A stretch of DNA of 64,000 nt from assembly GCA_965250285.1 (NCBI GenBank), contig OZ252299.1, forward strand, positions 4,320,001-4,384,000, read 5' to 3'. Under the pieces are notes generated by a model that saw only the letters and a list, made by a program, of their open reading frames with translations, ran no database searches and was not told where the DNA came from. This document shows positions 39,506 to 48,183 of the stretch, one piece after another (the stretch's first letter is position 1; each line of letters begins with the position of its first letter). This DNA comes from Myxococcota bacterium (GTDB lineage: Bacteria; Myxococcota_A; UBA9160; UBA4427). The translations under genes were made by a program, and so were the position numbers.

Positions 39506-40645
39506 TCAGGTGCGCATGTGGCGCATGCAGGTGCGCACCTCGTCGACGAAGGTCTCGGGCTGCTCGAACGCGGCGAAGTGACCGCCCTTCTCGAGCTGGT
39601 TGTAGTGCACGAGCTTCGGAAAGCGCGCCTGACACCAGCGCTCGCTGCTGCGGAAGATTTCCTTCGGGAAGATGCTGCAGCCGACCTTGACGTTGACCGG
39701 ATCGAACGGCGGCGTGTTGAAGCTCTCCCAGTAGAGGCGTGCCGAGGACGCCCCCGTCGCGGGCAGCCAGTACATCATGACGTTGTCGAGCAGCTCGTCC
39801 TTCGTGAGCACGTTCTCGGGGTGGCCGTCGCAGTCCATCCAGCTCCAGAACTTCTCGACGACCCACGCCATCTGGCCGACCGGCGAATCGACGAGGCCGT
39901 AGCCGAGCGTCTGCGGCCGGGTGCTCTGCTGCTTCGAGTAACCGCTGTCCCACTGGTTGTAGTGGTTCATCCCCTCCATGGCGCCCTGCTCGAACTCGGT
40001 CAGGTTGTCGAGCGAATCGGGCGTCGGCGGCGCGATCGGCATGTTCAGATGGATGCCCGCGCAGCCGTCCTCGTCTTGCGCGCCCACGCACGTCGTGACC
40101 ATCGCGCCCCAGTCTCCACCCTGGGCGACGTATCGCTCGTAGCCGAGCTTGCGCATGAGCGCGCCCCAGGTATCGGCGATGCGTCCGACCCCCCAGCCCG
40201 TCTCGGTCGGCTTGTCACTGAAGCCGTAGCCCGGCAGCGAGGGGCACACGACGTGGAACGCATCCTCGGCCTTGCCGCCATGCGCGACCGGATCGGTCAG
40301 CGGACCGATCACCTTGTGAAACTCGACGATCGAGCCCGGCCAACCGTGCGTCATCACCATGGGCAGCGCGTTCGCCTCGGGCGAGCGCACGTGAATGAAG
40401 TGCACGCCCAGACCGTCGACCTCGGTCTTGAACTGCGCGAACTCGTTCAGGTGCGCCTCGCGCGCGCGCCAGTCGTACTTCTCGGCCCAGTAGCTCGCGA
40501 GCTCCTGCACGTACGAGAGCGGAATCCCCTGAGACCAGTCGTCGACCGTCTCTTCATTGGGCCAACGCGTCGCCTGGATCCGCCGACGCAGATCGTCGAG
40601 TTCTTCGTCGGTCGCTTCGATTCGAAAGGGAGTGATGTCGCTCAT
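39506..40645 (-). CDS. Epoxide hydrolase (microsomal/EHN type)
   Basis: HGWPGS, PSLPGYGFS, QGGDWG, DSPVG, GGHFAAFEQP. Confidence 0.96.
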   Translation of the reverse strand: MSDITPFRIEATDEELDDLRRRIQATRWPNEETVDDWSQGIPLSYVQELASYWAEKYDWRAREAHLNEFAQFKTEVDGLGVHFIHVRSPEANALPMVMTHGWPGSIVEFHKVIGPLTDPVAHGGKAEDAFHVVCPSLPGYGFSDKPTETGWGVGRIADTWGALMRKLGYERYVAQGGDWGAMVTTCVGAQDEDGCAGIHLNMPIAPPTPDSLDNLTEFEQGAMEGMNHYNQWDSGYSKQQSTRPQTLGYGLVDSPVGQMAWVVEKFWSWMDCDGHPENVLTKDELLDNVMMYWLPATGASSARLYWESFNTPPFDPVNVKVGCSIFPKEIFRSSERWCQARFPKLVHYNQLEKGGHFAAFEQPETFVDEVRTCMRHMRT

Positions 40646-40742
40646 GGGGGGCTCCGGGGTGGGTGGGTCGGGAGGGGGATAGTCTCGATGAATCTGAGAC
40701 TGGAGTCCAGCCGGGCGTGGGGCGGTTGGTTTGGGGGTGGGG

Positions 40743-40878
40743 TCGGGTTTTCGGGGGTGTCGTCCTCAGATTCCGGCGGGCGGGCTTTACGAGGTTGCAC
40801 GGCTTTCGCATGGAGCGCGGGGTGGTGCAGCTTTGGGCGCCCGCCTTCAACTTGCGGGCGCCACCCCCGAAAACCCGA
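40743..40878. repeat. Structured palindromic element, copy A
   Basis: Terminal inverted repeats TCGGGTTTTCGGGGGTGTCG / CGCCACCCCCGAAAACCCGA; its reverse complement aligns end to end with copy B. Confidence 0.9.
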
Positions 40879-41016
40879 AGGGATGGTTTCCCCCATTTTC
40901 TTTGTTGCGGAGGGGCCCTCGGCCTTTTGGGCCTCGTGCCCGGTGCTTGGCGGCAGGTCCTCGACAAGGTCGCTGAGTCGAGCAGCAACGAACGCAACGG
41001 GGGCTTTGCAAGAACC

Positions 41017-41070
41017 GCTCGCCGCGGCCGCAGGCCGCGGCGAGCCCCGCCCCAACAAGCACGGCGGGGC
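41017..41070. repeat. Two GC hairpins in the spacer between copies A and B
   Basis: Perfect 13-bp stem GCTCGCCGCGGCC-GCA-GGCCGCGGCGAGC (41017-41045) and 8-bp stem GCCCCGCC..GGCGGGGC (41044-41070). Confidence 0.75.
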
Positions 41071-41091
41071 AGGCCGATCGGTCAACCCCCT

Positions 41092-41225
41092 CGCGTTTTC
41101 GGGGGTGGCGCCCGCAAGTTGGAGGCGAGCGCCGAAGCCGACTCATCGCGACGTTCCAACCAAACGCGGCGCGATCCCGTAAGGCCAGCTCGCCGGAATC
41201 TGAGGACGCCACCCCCGAAAACGCG
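41092..41225. repeat. Structured palindromic element, copy B (inverted relative to A)
   Basis: Perfect 19-bp terminal inverted repeats CGCGTTTTCGGGGGTGGCG / CGCCACCCCCGAAAACGCG. Confidence 0.9.
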
Positions 41226-41244
41226 CCCGGCCTTGCACCCCGGT

Positions 41245-42018
41245 TCACTCACCCGGCGGCAAGAACTGCCCCGTCTGCGCCGTCATCCCCCCGTCGACCG
41301 GCACCAGAACGCCCGTCACGAACGAAGCCGCCGGCGACACCAGAAATACGATCACCTCGGCCACCTCGGTGGGCTCGCCCCAGCGCTGCAGCGGGATCCG
41401 GCGAGCCATGGCTTCGTACTCGCTCGGCGCGGCACGCTCGATGAATGCGGTCATCGCGGTGCGGGTCGGGCCCGGGCACACGCCGTTCACGCGAATGCGA
41501 CGATGGGCGAGCGATACCGCGCAAGAGCGCACGAAGTTCACCGCTGCGCCCTTCGCGGTGTTGTACGCCCACATGCCCGGATCGCCGCCGAGCCCCGAAG
41601 TCGACGCCGTGACGACGACGGCGGGCGCGGCCGAGGCCTCGAGGGTCGAGAGCGCGGCGCGCAGGCCGAGGGCCGGGCCGTGCACATTCACCGCGAGCAC
41701 GCGCTCGAAGTCTTCCATCGACAGCTCTTCGAGGCCGCCGAGACTCGGCACACCGGCATTGAGCACGACCCCGTCGAGACGGCCGAAGGCATCGACGGCA
41801 CGCGCGACGGCCGCATCGTTGTCGGCGGGTCGCGTCACGTCGCCCACGATTGCTTCGACGTGCCCGTGGTCTTTCGTCCAAGCGAGCGCATCCTCGGTGA
41901 GATCCATCGCGACCACGCGCCCGCCCTCATCGGCGAGGCGTTCGACGGTCGCGCGACCGATGCCGCTCGCCGCGCCGGTGACCCAGGTGACGCGTGCTTC
42001 CGCGTTCGCACCGCTCAT
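41245..42018 (-). CDS. SDR family oxidoreductase
   Basis: TGAASGIG, LNAG, YNTAK, RVNGVCPG, VDGG. Confidence 0.95.
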   Translation of the reverse strand: MSGANAEARVTWVTGAASGIGRATVERLADEGGRVVAMDLTEDALAWTKDHGHVEAIVGDVTRPADNDAAVARAVDAFGRLDGVVLNAGVPSLGGLEELSMEDFERVLAVNVHGPALGLRAALSTLEASAAPAVVVTASTSGLGGDPGMWAYNTAKGAAVNFVRSCAVSLAHRRIRVNGVCPGPTRTAMTAFIERAAPSEYEAMARRIPLQRWGEPTEVAEVIVFLVSPAASFVTGVLVPVDGGMTAQTGQFLPPGE

Positions 42019-42449
42019 GTGTTCTCCTCGGGCGGCCCCTTGAGTTCGACCACGTTGCCATCGGGATCACGGACGTACATCGAAGGCCCCTGACCGAGGG
42101 CACCGTAACGCGAAGCCACCTCGCCCGGCTCGATGCCGTGCGATTCGAGATGCGCCCGCAGCGCACGCTCGTCGAAGCGCGCGAGCTGCAGCGCGAAGTG
42201 ATCGACGTTGCGCCCGGCCTCGACCGGAGCGCCGCCGCCCGCGCGACCGAGCGGCGAGTCGACGGGCACGAGGTCGACGAGGTGCGCGCCGAGTCGCACT
42301 TGGTGCAGGCCGATCTCGGCGAGCTCTCGCTCCATCTGCCCACCGAGCGCATCGACGTAGAATCGCGTCGACGCCGCCAGATCGACCACCCGCACCACGA
42401 CGTGGTCGAGGCCCACGACCTCGACCGCGCTCTCCCTGTTCGAAGTCAT
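42015..42449 (-). CDS. VOC family (glyoxalase) protein
   Basis: LDHVVVRV, VDHFAL, YGALGQGPSMYVRDPDGNVVELK. Confidence 0.92.
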   Translation of the reverse strand: MTSNRESAVEVVGLDHVVVRVVDLAASTRFYVDALGGQMERELAEIGLHQVRLGAHLVDLVPVDSPLGRAGGGAPVEAGRNVDHFALQLARFDERALRAHLESHGIEPGEVASRYGALGQGPSMYVRDPDGNVVELKGPPEENT

Positions 42450-42489
42450 CCCGCCCTCCGCATCCGTCGATGATCACTTGCCCGGCCGA

Positions 42490-42528
42490 AAAAGAGAAGG
42501 GCGCCCTCACGAACATGTGAGGGCGCCC
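42490..42528 (-). terminator. Intrinsic terminator after the cupin gene
   Basis: 12-bp stem GGGCGCCCTCAC/GTGAGGGCGCCC with 6-nt loop, followed on the minus strand by TTCTCTTTT. Confidence 0.75.
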
Positions 42529-42552
42529 CGGGAATGCATGCGCGCTGATCGC

Positions 42553-42942
42553 TCAGGTGTTCTTCAACTCGACGAGGAACTCGTAGTAGGTCTTCTCGCC
42601 CACGTTGTACGCCCATTCGACGCCGCCCTTGGGTACGAACACGGTGTTGCCTTCGGGCGGCACGATCCCGACGAAGGCATCCATCGGACCACCTTCGGGC
42701 ATGACGCCGGCCACGAGGTCACCCTGGAGAATGATCAGGTAGTAGTCGTGGTCATGGCGATGCAGCGCACTCGCCTCGCCGGGCTCGAGCTTCATGTCCC
42801 AGATTCGGACGTTGTCGTCTTCGAAGAGAACCCGGCTGCCGACGCCACCGATCTCGTCGTCCTTGTGCTCGTCTCGAAACTGGTCGAGGCGGGCCTTCAT
42901 CTCGGGAGTGATCTCGGCGTATTGGGGCTCGGAGTAGATCAC
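42553..42942 (-). CDS. Cupin domain protein
   Basis: GTG 42942 after AGGAG; VLFEDDNVRIW..LEPGE..LHRHDHDY; AYNVG..EFLVELK. Confidence 0.8.
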   Translation of the reverse strand: MIYSEPQYAEITPEMKARLDQFRDEHKDDEIGGVGSRVLFEDDNVRIWDMKLEPGEASALHRHDHDYYLIILQGDLVAGVMPEGGPMDAFVGIVPPEGNTVFVPKGGVEWAYNVGEKTYYEFLVELKNT

Positions 42943-43168
42943 GATTCGTTCTCCTGCGGGCGCGAGCGCTGGCTGCGCGGTGTGTTCCGACCCGATGGGT
43001 CGTGTGGATGGCGGGCGCGCCCGGGGGCACCCCCGATTCGAGGTGGCTCTGCGATGGGCGGATCGTCGCGCTTCGCGGAGCGCCCGGATTCTACCGGACG
43101 CGGAGACGACCGACCCCTTCGCAGGCGTCATCGAGCGATGGCTGACGCCGGAAGCGAAACCCGTCGAC

Positions 43169-44242
43169 TCAGCGCAGCGATCCCTGCTCGATGTCGCCGC
43201 CGTCGGCGGGCAGCACGAAGTGCATCCCGTCGTCGCCGATGACCACGCCATTCATGTCGAGGTCGCGGGCGAAGATGCGCTCGACCAGCCGATTTCGTAG
43301 CGGCGGAACGTTGTGCGTGAGCACGAGCAGGTCGACGCCCGCCTCGTCGGCCAGCGCCTTCGCCTGCGTCGGACTCGTGTGGTAGTCGAGGATGTCGTTC
43401 GCAAGGTGGCTCTGCCGCTCGCGTCCGGCCTCCCCGAGGATGTTCGAGATGCGCTCGACCAGCTCGAAGCTGAGCGCCTCGTGGATCAGCATGTCGGCGC
43501 CGGTGGCGGCGGCGACGAGGCTCGGCGACGGAGCCGTATCCCCGCTGATGACGACGCTGCGGCCGCCGAACTCGACGCGATAGCCGACGGCCGGCACGAC
43601 CGGCGTGTGATCGACGACGAACGCCGTGACCGTCAGCCCGTCGTCGTCGATGATCGTGACCTGCTCACCAGGCGACGGCATCTCGAACGCACGCGGCGCG
43701 CCGAGCCCCCCCGATGCCGGCATGAACTTCGCCGTGTGGTGGTCTTCGCGATGCACCCGATCGTGTGAGTAGGCGCGATTGAAGCCCTCGACGACCTCGT
43801 CGACGCCCGGAGGACCGTACACCGGCAGGGCCGCGTCGCGGCCGCTCGCGATCCACGACTGCGTCACCACCTCGCCGAGCTCGCCCATGTGATCGCTGTG
43901 GAAGTGCGTGAGCAGCACATCGGATACACGACCGATCGGCGTGCCCCACACCTGCAGGTTCTCCCAGGCGCCGGGGCCGGTGTCGAAGACCATGAACCGC
44001 CCACCGGCGATCACTGCGGTGCACGACGCGGCCCGTTCGGGATCAGGCAGCGGCGAACCGGTGCCGCACAGAACGACGTGCAGATCTCCGTCGTCGGGAT
44101 CGATCACGGGCGGGGTCGTCGCCTGGTTGCGGATCACTCGATCGACGATCGCGTCACACGCGACGCACGTCGAGCAGACGATCGCGAGCACGAACAGCCT
44201 CGCGATCCGAAGCCTCCAGCCGGCCCAGCCGTGCATGAACAT
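43169..44242 (-). CDS. MBL-fold hydrolase (RNase Z/AtsA-like), probably exported
   Basis: CGTGSP, FDTG, THFHSDH, VDH, SGDT, HEA, YHTSP, LTH; N-terminal hydrophobic segment ending CVAC. Confidence 0.9.
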   Translation of the reverse strand: MFMHGWAGWRLRIARLFVLAIVCSTCVACDAIVDRVIRNQATTPPVIDPDDGDLHVVLCGTGSPLPDPERAASCTAVIAGGRFMVFDTGPGAWENLQVWGTPIGRVSDVLLTHFHSDHMGELGEVVTQSWIASGRDAALPVYGPPGVDEVVEGFNRAYSHDRVHREDHHTAKFMPASGGLGAPRAFEMPSPGEQVTIIDDDGLTVTAFVVDHTPVVPAVGYRVEFGGRSVVISGDTAPSPSLVAAATGADMLIHEALSFELVERISNILGEAGRERQSHLANDILDYHTSPTQAKALADEAGVDLLVLTHNVPPLRNRLVERIFARDLDMNGVVIGDDGMHFVLPADGGDIEQGSLR

Positions 44243-44259
44243 GCCTCCTCGTCGGCCGC

Positions 44260-44994
44260 TCAGTCCTTCCAACCCGACGTCGCTCCCTTGACCATCGCGA
44301 AGGGGCCGACGGGCCAGTTGAAGCAGTCGACCATCAATTGGTTGACCTCTTCGTGACTCGCGACGCCTTCTGCGACCACCGCACCGGCCTCACGCAGCAT
44401 CGCACCGTAGATGCGGTTCGCGACGAACCCCCAGTGCATCGGGTTGTCGTTCACGACCACCGGGTGCTTGCCGCAGGCGCGCGCGACATCGCATACGCGC
44501 TCGATCGCGTCTTCGTCGGTCTTCGGCGTGCGCACGATCTCGGCGAACTTCATGACCGGGGGCGGCGATGCCCAGTGCCAGACCACGACGCGCGACGGCC
44601 GATTCGTCACGGCCGCAATCGCGGTGAGCGGAAACCCCGACGTGTTCGAAGCGAGGATCGCGTCTTCGGGCGCGCGCGCGTCGAGATCGCGGAAGACCTC
44701 GAGCTTGAGCCCCAGATCTTCGGGGACGCACTCGATCACGAGCCCGGCGTCGGCGGCGAGATCGAGGTCGGTCGTGAACGAGAGCCGGTCGAGGGCGGCG
44801 TCGGCTTCGGCCCGCTCGATCTTGCCCCTCGAGACGGCGCGCTCGAAACCGTAGCGCCCGGTCCGAACCAGCTCGCCGGCCTTCTCGACGGCCGCCTCCG
44901 AAGTGTCGAAGCCGACCGTCTCGTAGCCCGCCTGCGCGCAGCTCTGCGCAATGCCGCTGCCCATCACGCCCGCCCCGATGACCCCGATTCGCAT
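44260..44994 (-). CDS. 3-hydroxyacyl-CoA dehydrogenase family protein (short form)
   Basis: GAGVMGSGIA, ECVPE..K, SNTS, WHWASPP..E, GFVANR, GPF. Confidence 0.92.
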   Translation of the reverse strand: MRIGVIGAGVMGSGIAQSCAQAGYETVGFDTSEAAVEKAGELVRTGRYGFERAVSRGKIERAEADAALDRLSFTTDLDLAADAGLVIECVPEDLGLKLEVFRDLDARAPEDAILASNTSGFPLTAIAAVTNRPSRVVVWHWASPPPVMKFAEIVRTPKTDEDAIERVCDVARACGKHPVVVNDNPMHWGFVANRIYGAMLREAGAVVAEGVASHEEVNQLMVDCFNWPVGPFAMVKGATSGWKD

Positions 44995-45141
44995 GCGCTC
45001 GGCTCTCCTTCGTCACCCCGTCCTCGGGGATCGAGGCGCCGAGCGTAGCAACGACCTCGCCGTTCGCGGGCGCGCGCTAACGTCGTCGCGGGCTCTCCGG
45101 GCGAACACAGCGCGCCCGCGACGGCGGACGAAGGGGCGCAC

Positions 45142-46245
45142 GTGGCCAACGAACGGATCCTGGTAACCGGTGCAGGGGGCTTCCTCGGCCAGGCCATCGT
45201 GCGCGAGCTCCAGCCCCGGCTCGCCGATCCCGAAGATCCGCTCCGAGAGATCCGGGTCCTCGACCTCGACGGCGAGAAGCTCCCGCGGCACGAGGGCATC
45301 GTGCCCTTCGCCGGCAGCGTGACCGACGCTGCGTTGATCGAGAAGGCCTGCGATCGCGTCGATGGGATCATCCACAGCGCCGCGGTCATCGACTGGGGCA
45401 ACATCTCGGACGATGTGCTGCGCGACGTGAACGTCGGTGGCACGCGCAATCTGCTCGAAGCAGCGCTTCGGGCCGGCGTGAGATCGTTCGTGTACACGAG
45501 CTCGATGGACGTCGTGTGCGGTCATGCCCCGGTCGTCGACGTGAACGAGGAGGTCGCGATCCCCGACGACCTCGAGAACATCTACTGTGAAACGAAGGCC
45601 GAAGCCGAGACGCTCGTCCTCGATCACGACGGGGCCGAGCGAGCGCGCCGTGCTGACGATGCAGAGGGTGCACCGGCACAGATGCACACGGCGGCGGTGC
45701 GACCCTGCGGCATGTACGGCGAGGGCGATCCGTACCACGTCAAGAACGTGGTCGAGGTCGTGCGGAGCGGTGGCCTGAAGGCGCGGCCGGGCGACGGCAG
45801 TGCGAAGTTCGAGCATGCGTACGTCGAGAATGTCGCACTCGTTCACGCGCTGGCGCTCGATCGCCTCGATGCGGGCGATGAGGCGACCTTCGGCCAGGCC
45901 TTCTTTGCGACCGACGACACGCCTGCCGCCGACTTTCTCGACTTCATGGAGCCGATCATGGAGGGGCTCGGGCTCGAGCTACCCCCGCGCAGTCGCCGGG
46001 TGCCCTATCCGATCATGTGGATCGCCGCCGTCGGGGCCGAGTTCGCTGCCTTCGTCGGTCGCCCGTTCGGTGCCAAACCGCCCGTGCTGACCCGGTCGAG
46101 CGTGCGGTTCATCTGCAAGACGCACACGTTCGACGGCAGCAAGGCCAGACGGGTCCTGGGCTACACGCCCCGCGTCTCACATGAAGAGGCGATCGCCCGC
46201 ACGATCTCGTGGTGGCGAGATCATCTGGAGAAGGAAGCCGCCTGA
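45142..46245 (+). CDS. 3-beta-hydroxysteroid dehydrogenase-like extended SDR
   Basis: TGAGGFLG, NVGGTRNLL, YTSSMDV, YCETK, RPCGMYGEGD, YVENVA. Confidence 0.9.
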   Translation: MANERILVTGAGGFLGQAIVRELQPRLADPEDPLREIRVLDLDGEKLPRHEGIVPFAGSVTDAALIEKACDRVDGIIHSAAVIDWGNISDDVLRDVNVGGTRNLLEAALRAGVRSFVYTSSMDVVCGHAPVVDVNEEVAIPDDLENIYCETKAEAETLVLDHDGAERARRADDAEGAPAQMHTAAVRPCGMYGEGDPYHVKNVVEVVRSGGLKARPGDGSAKFEHAYVENVALVHALALDRLDAGDEATFGQAFFATDDTPAADFLDFMEPIMEGLGLELPPRSRRVPYPIMWIAAVGAEFAAFVGRPFGAKPPVLTRSSVRFICKTHTFDGSKARRVLGYTPRVSHEEAIARTISWWRDHLEKEAA

Positions 46246-46260
46246 GCTCCGCGGAGCTCT

Positions 46261-46962
46261 TCAGAGCTTCTCACACTCTCCGAACTCACCGAACATGTGC
46301 TCGCTCCAGGCCGAGAGCAACGGGGCCGCCGTCTCGAGGCCAAGCGCTCGCAGCTCGGTCGCAATCTCATGGTCGCCGAGCTCGAGCGCCACGCCTTCGC
46401 CGCCCGGCGTCGTCTTCTCGCCGCGACCACCCCGCGTGAACGTCAGGCTGTGGGGCACGCCTTCGATCACCGTGTAGCCCACGGCCTCGCTCTCGGGTGT
46501 CTCGCCGTCGCCGCCGCGCGGAACGGTCAGGGTGAGCACGTGCTGCCCGCCCATCTCGAGCCGACAGGTCGCCGATGCGTCTCCATAGTTGAAGTCGATC
46601 GTCTCGACGCTCTTCGGAAAGCCCCAGATGCGGCAGCCGGCCTCGCAGGTGAACGACTGATTCACCGGCAGCTTGTAGATGTACGAGCCCATCTCGGCGT
46701 CGGGCTGACCCTTGGGCCGCACGAAGAAGACGATCCCGACCTCGTCGTAGTCGCCCAGGTCGTTGTCCTTGTAGTCGACAATGACGATCGTGCACTGCGT
46801 CTGGCCGGGTGCGGCTTCGACGACCTCGAAGGCGTCGGGTACCAGCTTCGCGGCCGCGTCGGCGGGCACCATGTACATGACCGACCCATTCGCCGCGTCG
46901 CGCACGACGGCGGGCAACGTAACGTTGCGTCCCTCGATCTCGTAGCTCTCTGCGTTCGACAC
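46261..46962 (-). CDS. Acetoacetate decarboxylase-like family protein
   Basis: VDYKDNDLGDYDE, LPVNQSFTCEAGCRIWGFPK. Confidence 0.85.
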   Translation of the reverse strand: MSNAESYEIEGRNVTLPAVVRDAANGSVMYMVPADAAAKLVPDAFEVVEAAPGQTQCTIVIVDYKDNDLGDYDEVGIVFFVRPKGQPDAEMGSYIYKLPVNQSFTCEAGCRIWGFPKSVETIDFNYGDASATCRLEMGGQHVLTLTVPRGGDGETPESEAVGYTVIEGVPHSLTFTRGGRGEKTTPGGEGVALELGDHEIATELRALGLETAAPLLSAWSEHMFGEFGECEKL

Positions 46963-47066
46963 GTCGCTTCTCCCATCGTCTGCGGCTCGTCCAGATTCGG
47001 TGTCTCGCCAAGCAGAGAGTATGCTGTGGACGACCTTGCCAGCGCCAGGCCACCGAGGACCCCGCC

Positions 47067-47627
47067 GTGCCCCCTAGACTCTCGACCCCCCGCATCGCAC
47101 CGCTCGCAGAAGACGACCTGCCCGAGGCCGCGCGCGTGAACATGGGCAGCGGCCCGACGCTCAACATCTTTCGCACGCTCGCGAACCACCCCGACCTGGC
47201 GCGACGTTGGCTGGTGTTCGGAAATCACATCCTCGGTAAGTCAACGCTGCCCGAGCGCGATCGCGAGATCGCGATTCTGCGAATCGGCTGGCTGTGCCGG
47301 TCGGCCTACGAGTGGGGGCAACACGTGGTGATCGGCAAACGCTGCGGGCTCGACGACGACGAGATCGAGCGCATCGCCGAAGGCCCGGACGCGGCCGGCT
47401 GGTCGGCGCTCGATCAGGCGATCCTGCGCGCGACCGACGACCTGCACTCAGACGCCTTCGTGAGCGACGCCCACTGGGCCGCGCTCGCCGAGCACTACGA
47501 CACGAAGCAGCTGATGGATTTCGTGTTCACGGTCGGCCAGTACAACCTGGTGTCGATGGCGCTCAACACCTTTGGCGTGCAGCCCGAGCCGGGGCTGCCG
47601 CCGCTGCCGGAGGTCGAGCGATCATGA
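47067..47627 (+). CDS. Carboxymuconolactone decarboxylase/AhpD family protein
   Basis: NIFRTLANHP, REIAILR, YEWGQH, GQYNLVS. Confidence 0.9.
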   Translation: MPPRLSTPRIAPLAEDDLPEAARVNMGSGPTLNIFRTLANHPDLARRWLVFGNHILGKSTLPERDREIAILRIGWLCRSAYEWGQHVVIGKRCGLDDDEIERIAEGPDAAGWSALDQAILRATDDLHSDAFVSDAHWAALAEHYDTKQLMDFVFTVGQYNLVSMALNTFGVQPEPGLPPLPEVERS

Positions 47628-48169
47628 GCGAGACGACGCAGAGCGCTCTTACTCCGGGTCGCTTCGCGGCGATCAACGTCGTCATCACGACGGCGGCCCT
47701 CGGCTTTCTCGTCTGGCTCGTCTACTTCCACGACGAGCCCGCGTCGGGTGGATCGACCCAGCTGCCCGCGTTGAATGCGTTCTTCAACGCCGTGGCCGCG
47801 ACCCTGCTCGTGCTCGGCCGCCGCGCCATCGCGCGCGGCGAGCGCAAGCTGCACCAGCAGCTCATGCTGTCGGCGTTGGCTGCTTCGGCGCTCTTCCTCG
47901 TCACCTACATCTACTACCACTACGGGTACGGAGACACGAAGTTCGCCGGCCAGGGCTTCATTCGGCCGATCTACTTCGCGATTCTGATCTCACACATCGG
48001 TCTCTCGGCGATCGTCTTCCCCGCGATCCTCACGAGCGTCTACCTGGCGTTCACGAACCGCATTGCCACCCACAAGCGCGTCGCCCGGTGGACGTGGGCG
48101 GGCTGGATGTACGTCTCGGTCACGGGCATCGTCATCTGGCTGATGCTCCACGTGATCGCCTGGGGCTGA
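47624..48169 (+). CDS. DUF420 family membrane protein
   Basis: LPALNA, HQQLM, FLVTY..H, YFAILISHI, HKRVAR, WMYVSVTG; ATG overlaps the upstream stop. Confidence 0.9.
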   Translation: MSETTQSALTPGRFAAINVVITTAALGFLVWLVYFHDEPASGGSTQLPALNAFFNAVAATLLVLGRRAIARGERKLHQQLMLSALAASALFLVTYIYYHYGYGDTKFAGQGFIRPIYFAILISHIGLSAIVFPAILTSVYLAFTNRIATHKRVARWTWAGWMYVSVTGIVIWLMLHVIAWG

Positions 48170-48183
48170 CGCGGCGCAGCGGC

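Noticed and set aside
40743..41225. CRISPR array or integron attC interpretation of the repeats
   Set aside because: Repeats are inverted, not direct with regular spacers; no cas or intI gene; no RYYYAAC/GTTRRRY ends.
40554..41248. ORFs crossing the repeat doublet (40554..40997, 40642..41085, 40847..41248, start of 40663..42093)
   Set aside because: Low-complexity Pro/Arg/Gly translations, atypical codon usage, no transposase motifs.
43022..43035. CGGGGGCACCCCCG mini-palindrome resembling a collapsed repeat core
   Set aside because: Only 14 nt; insufficient evidence.
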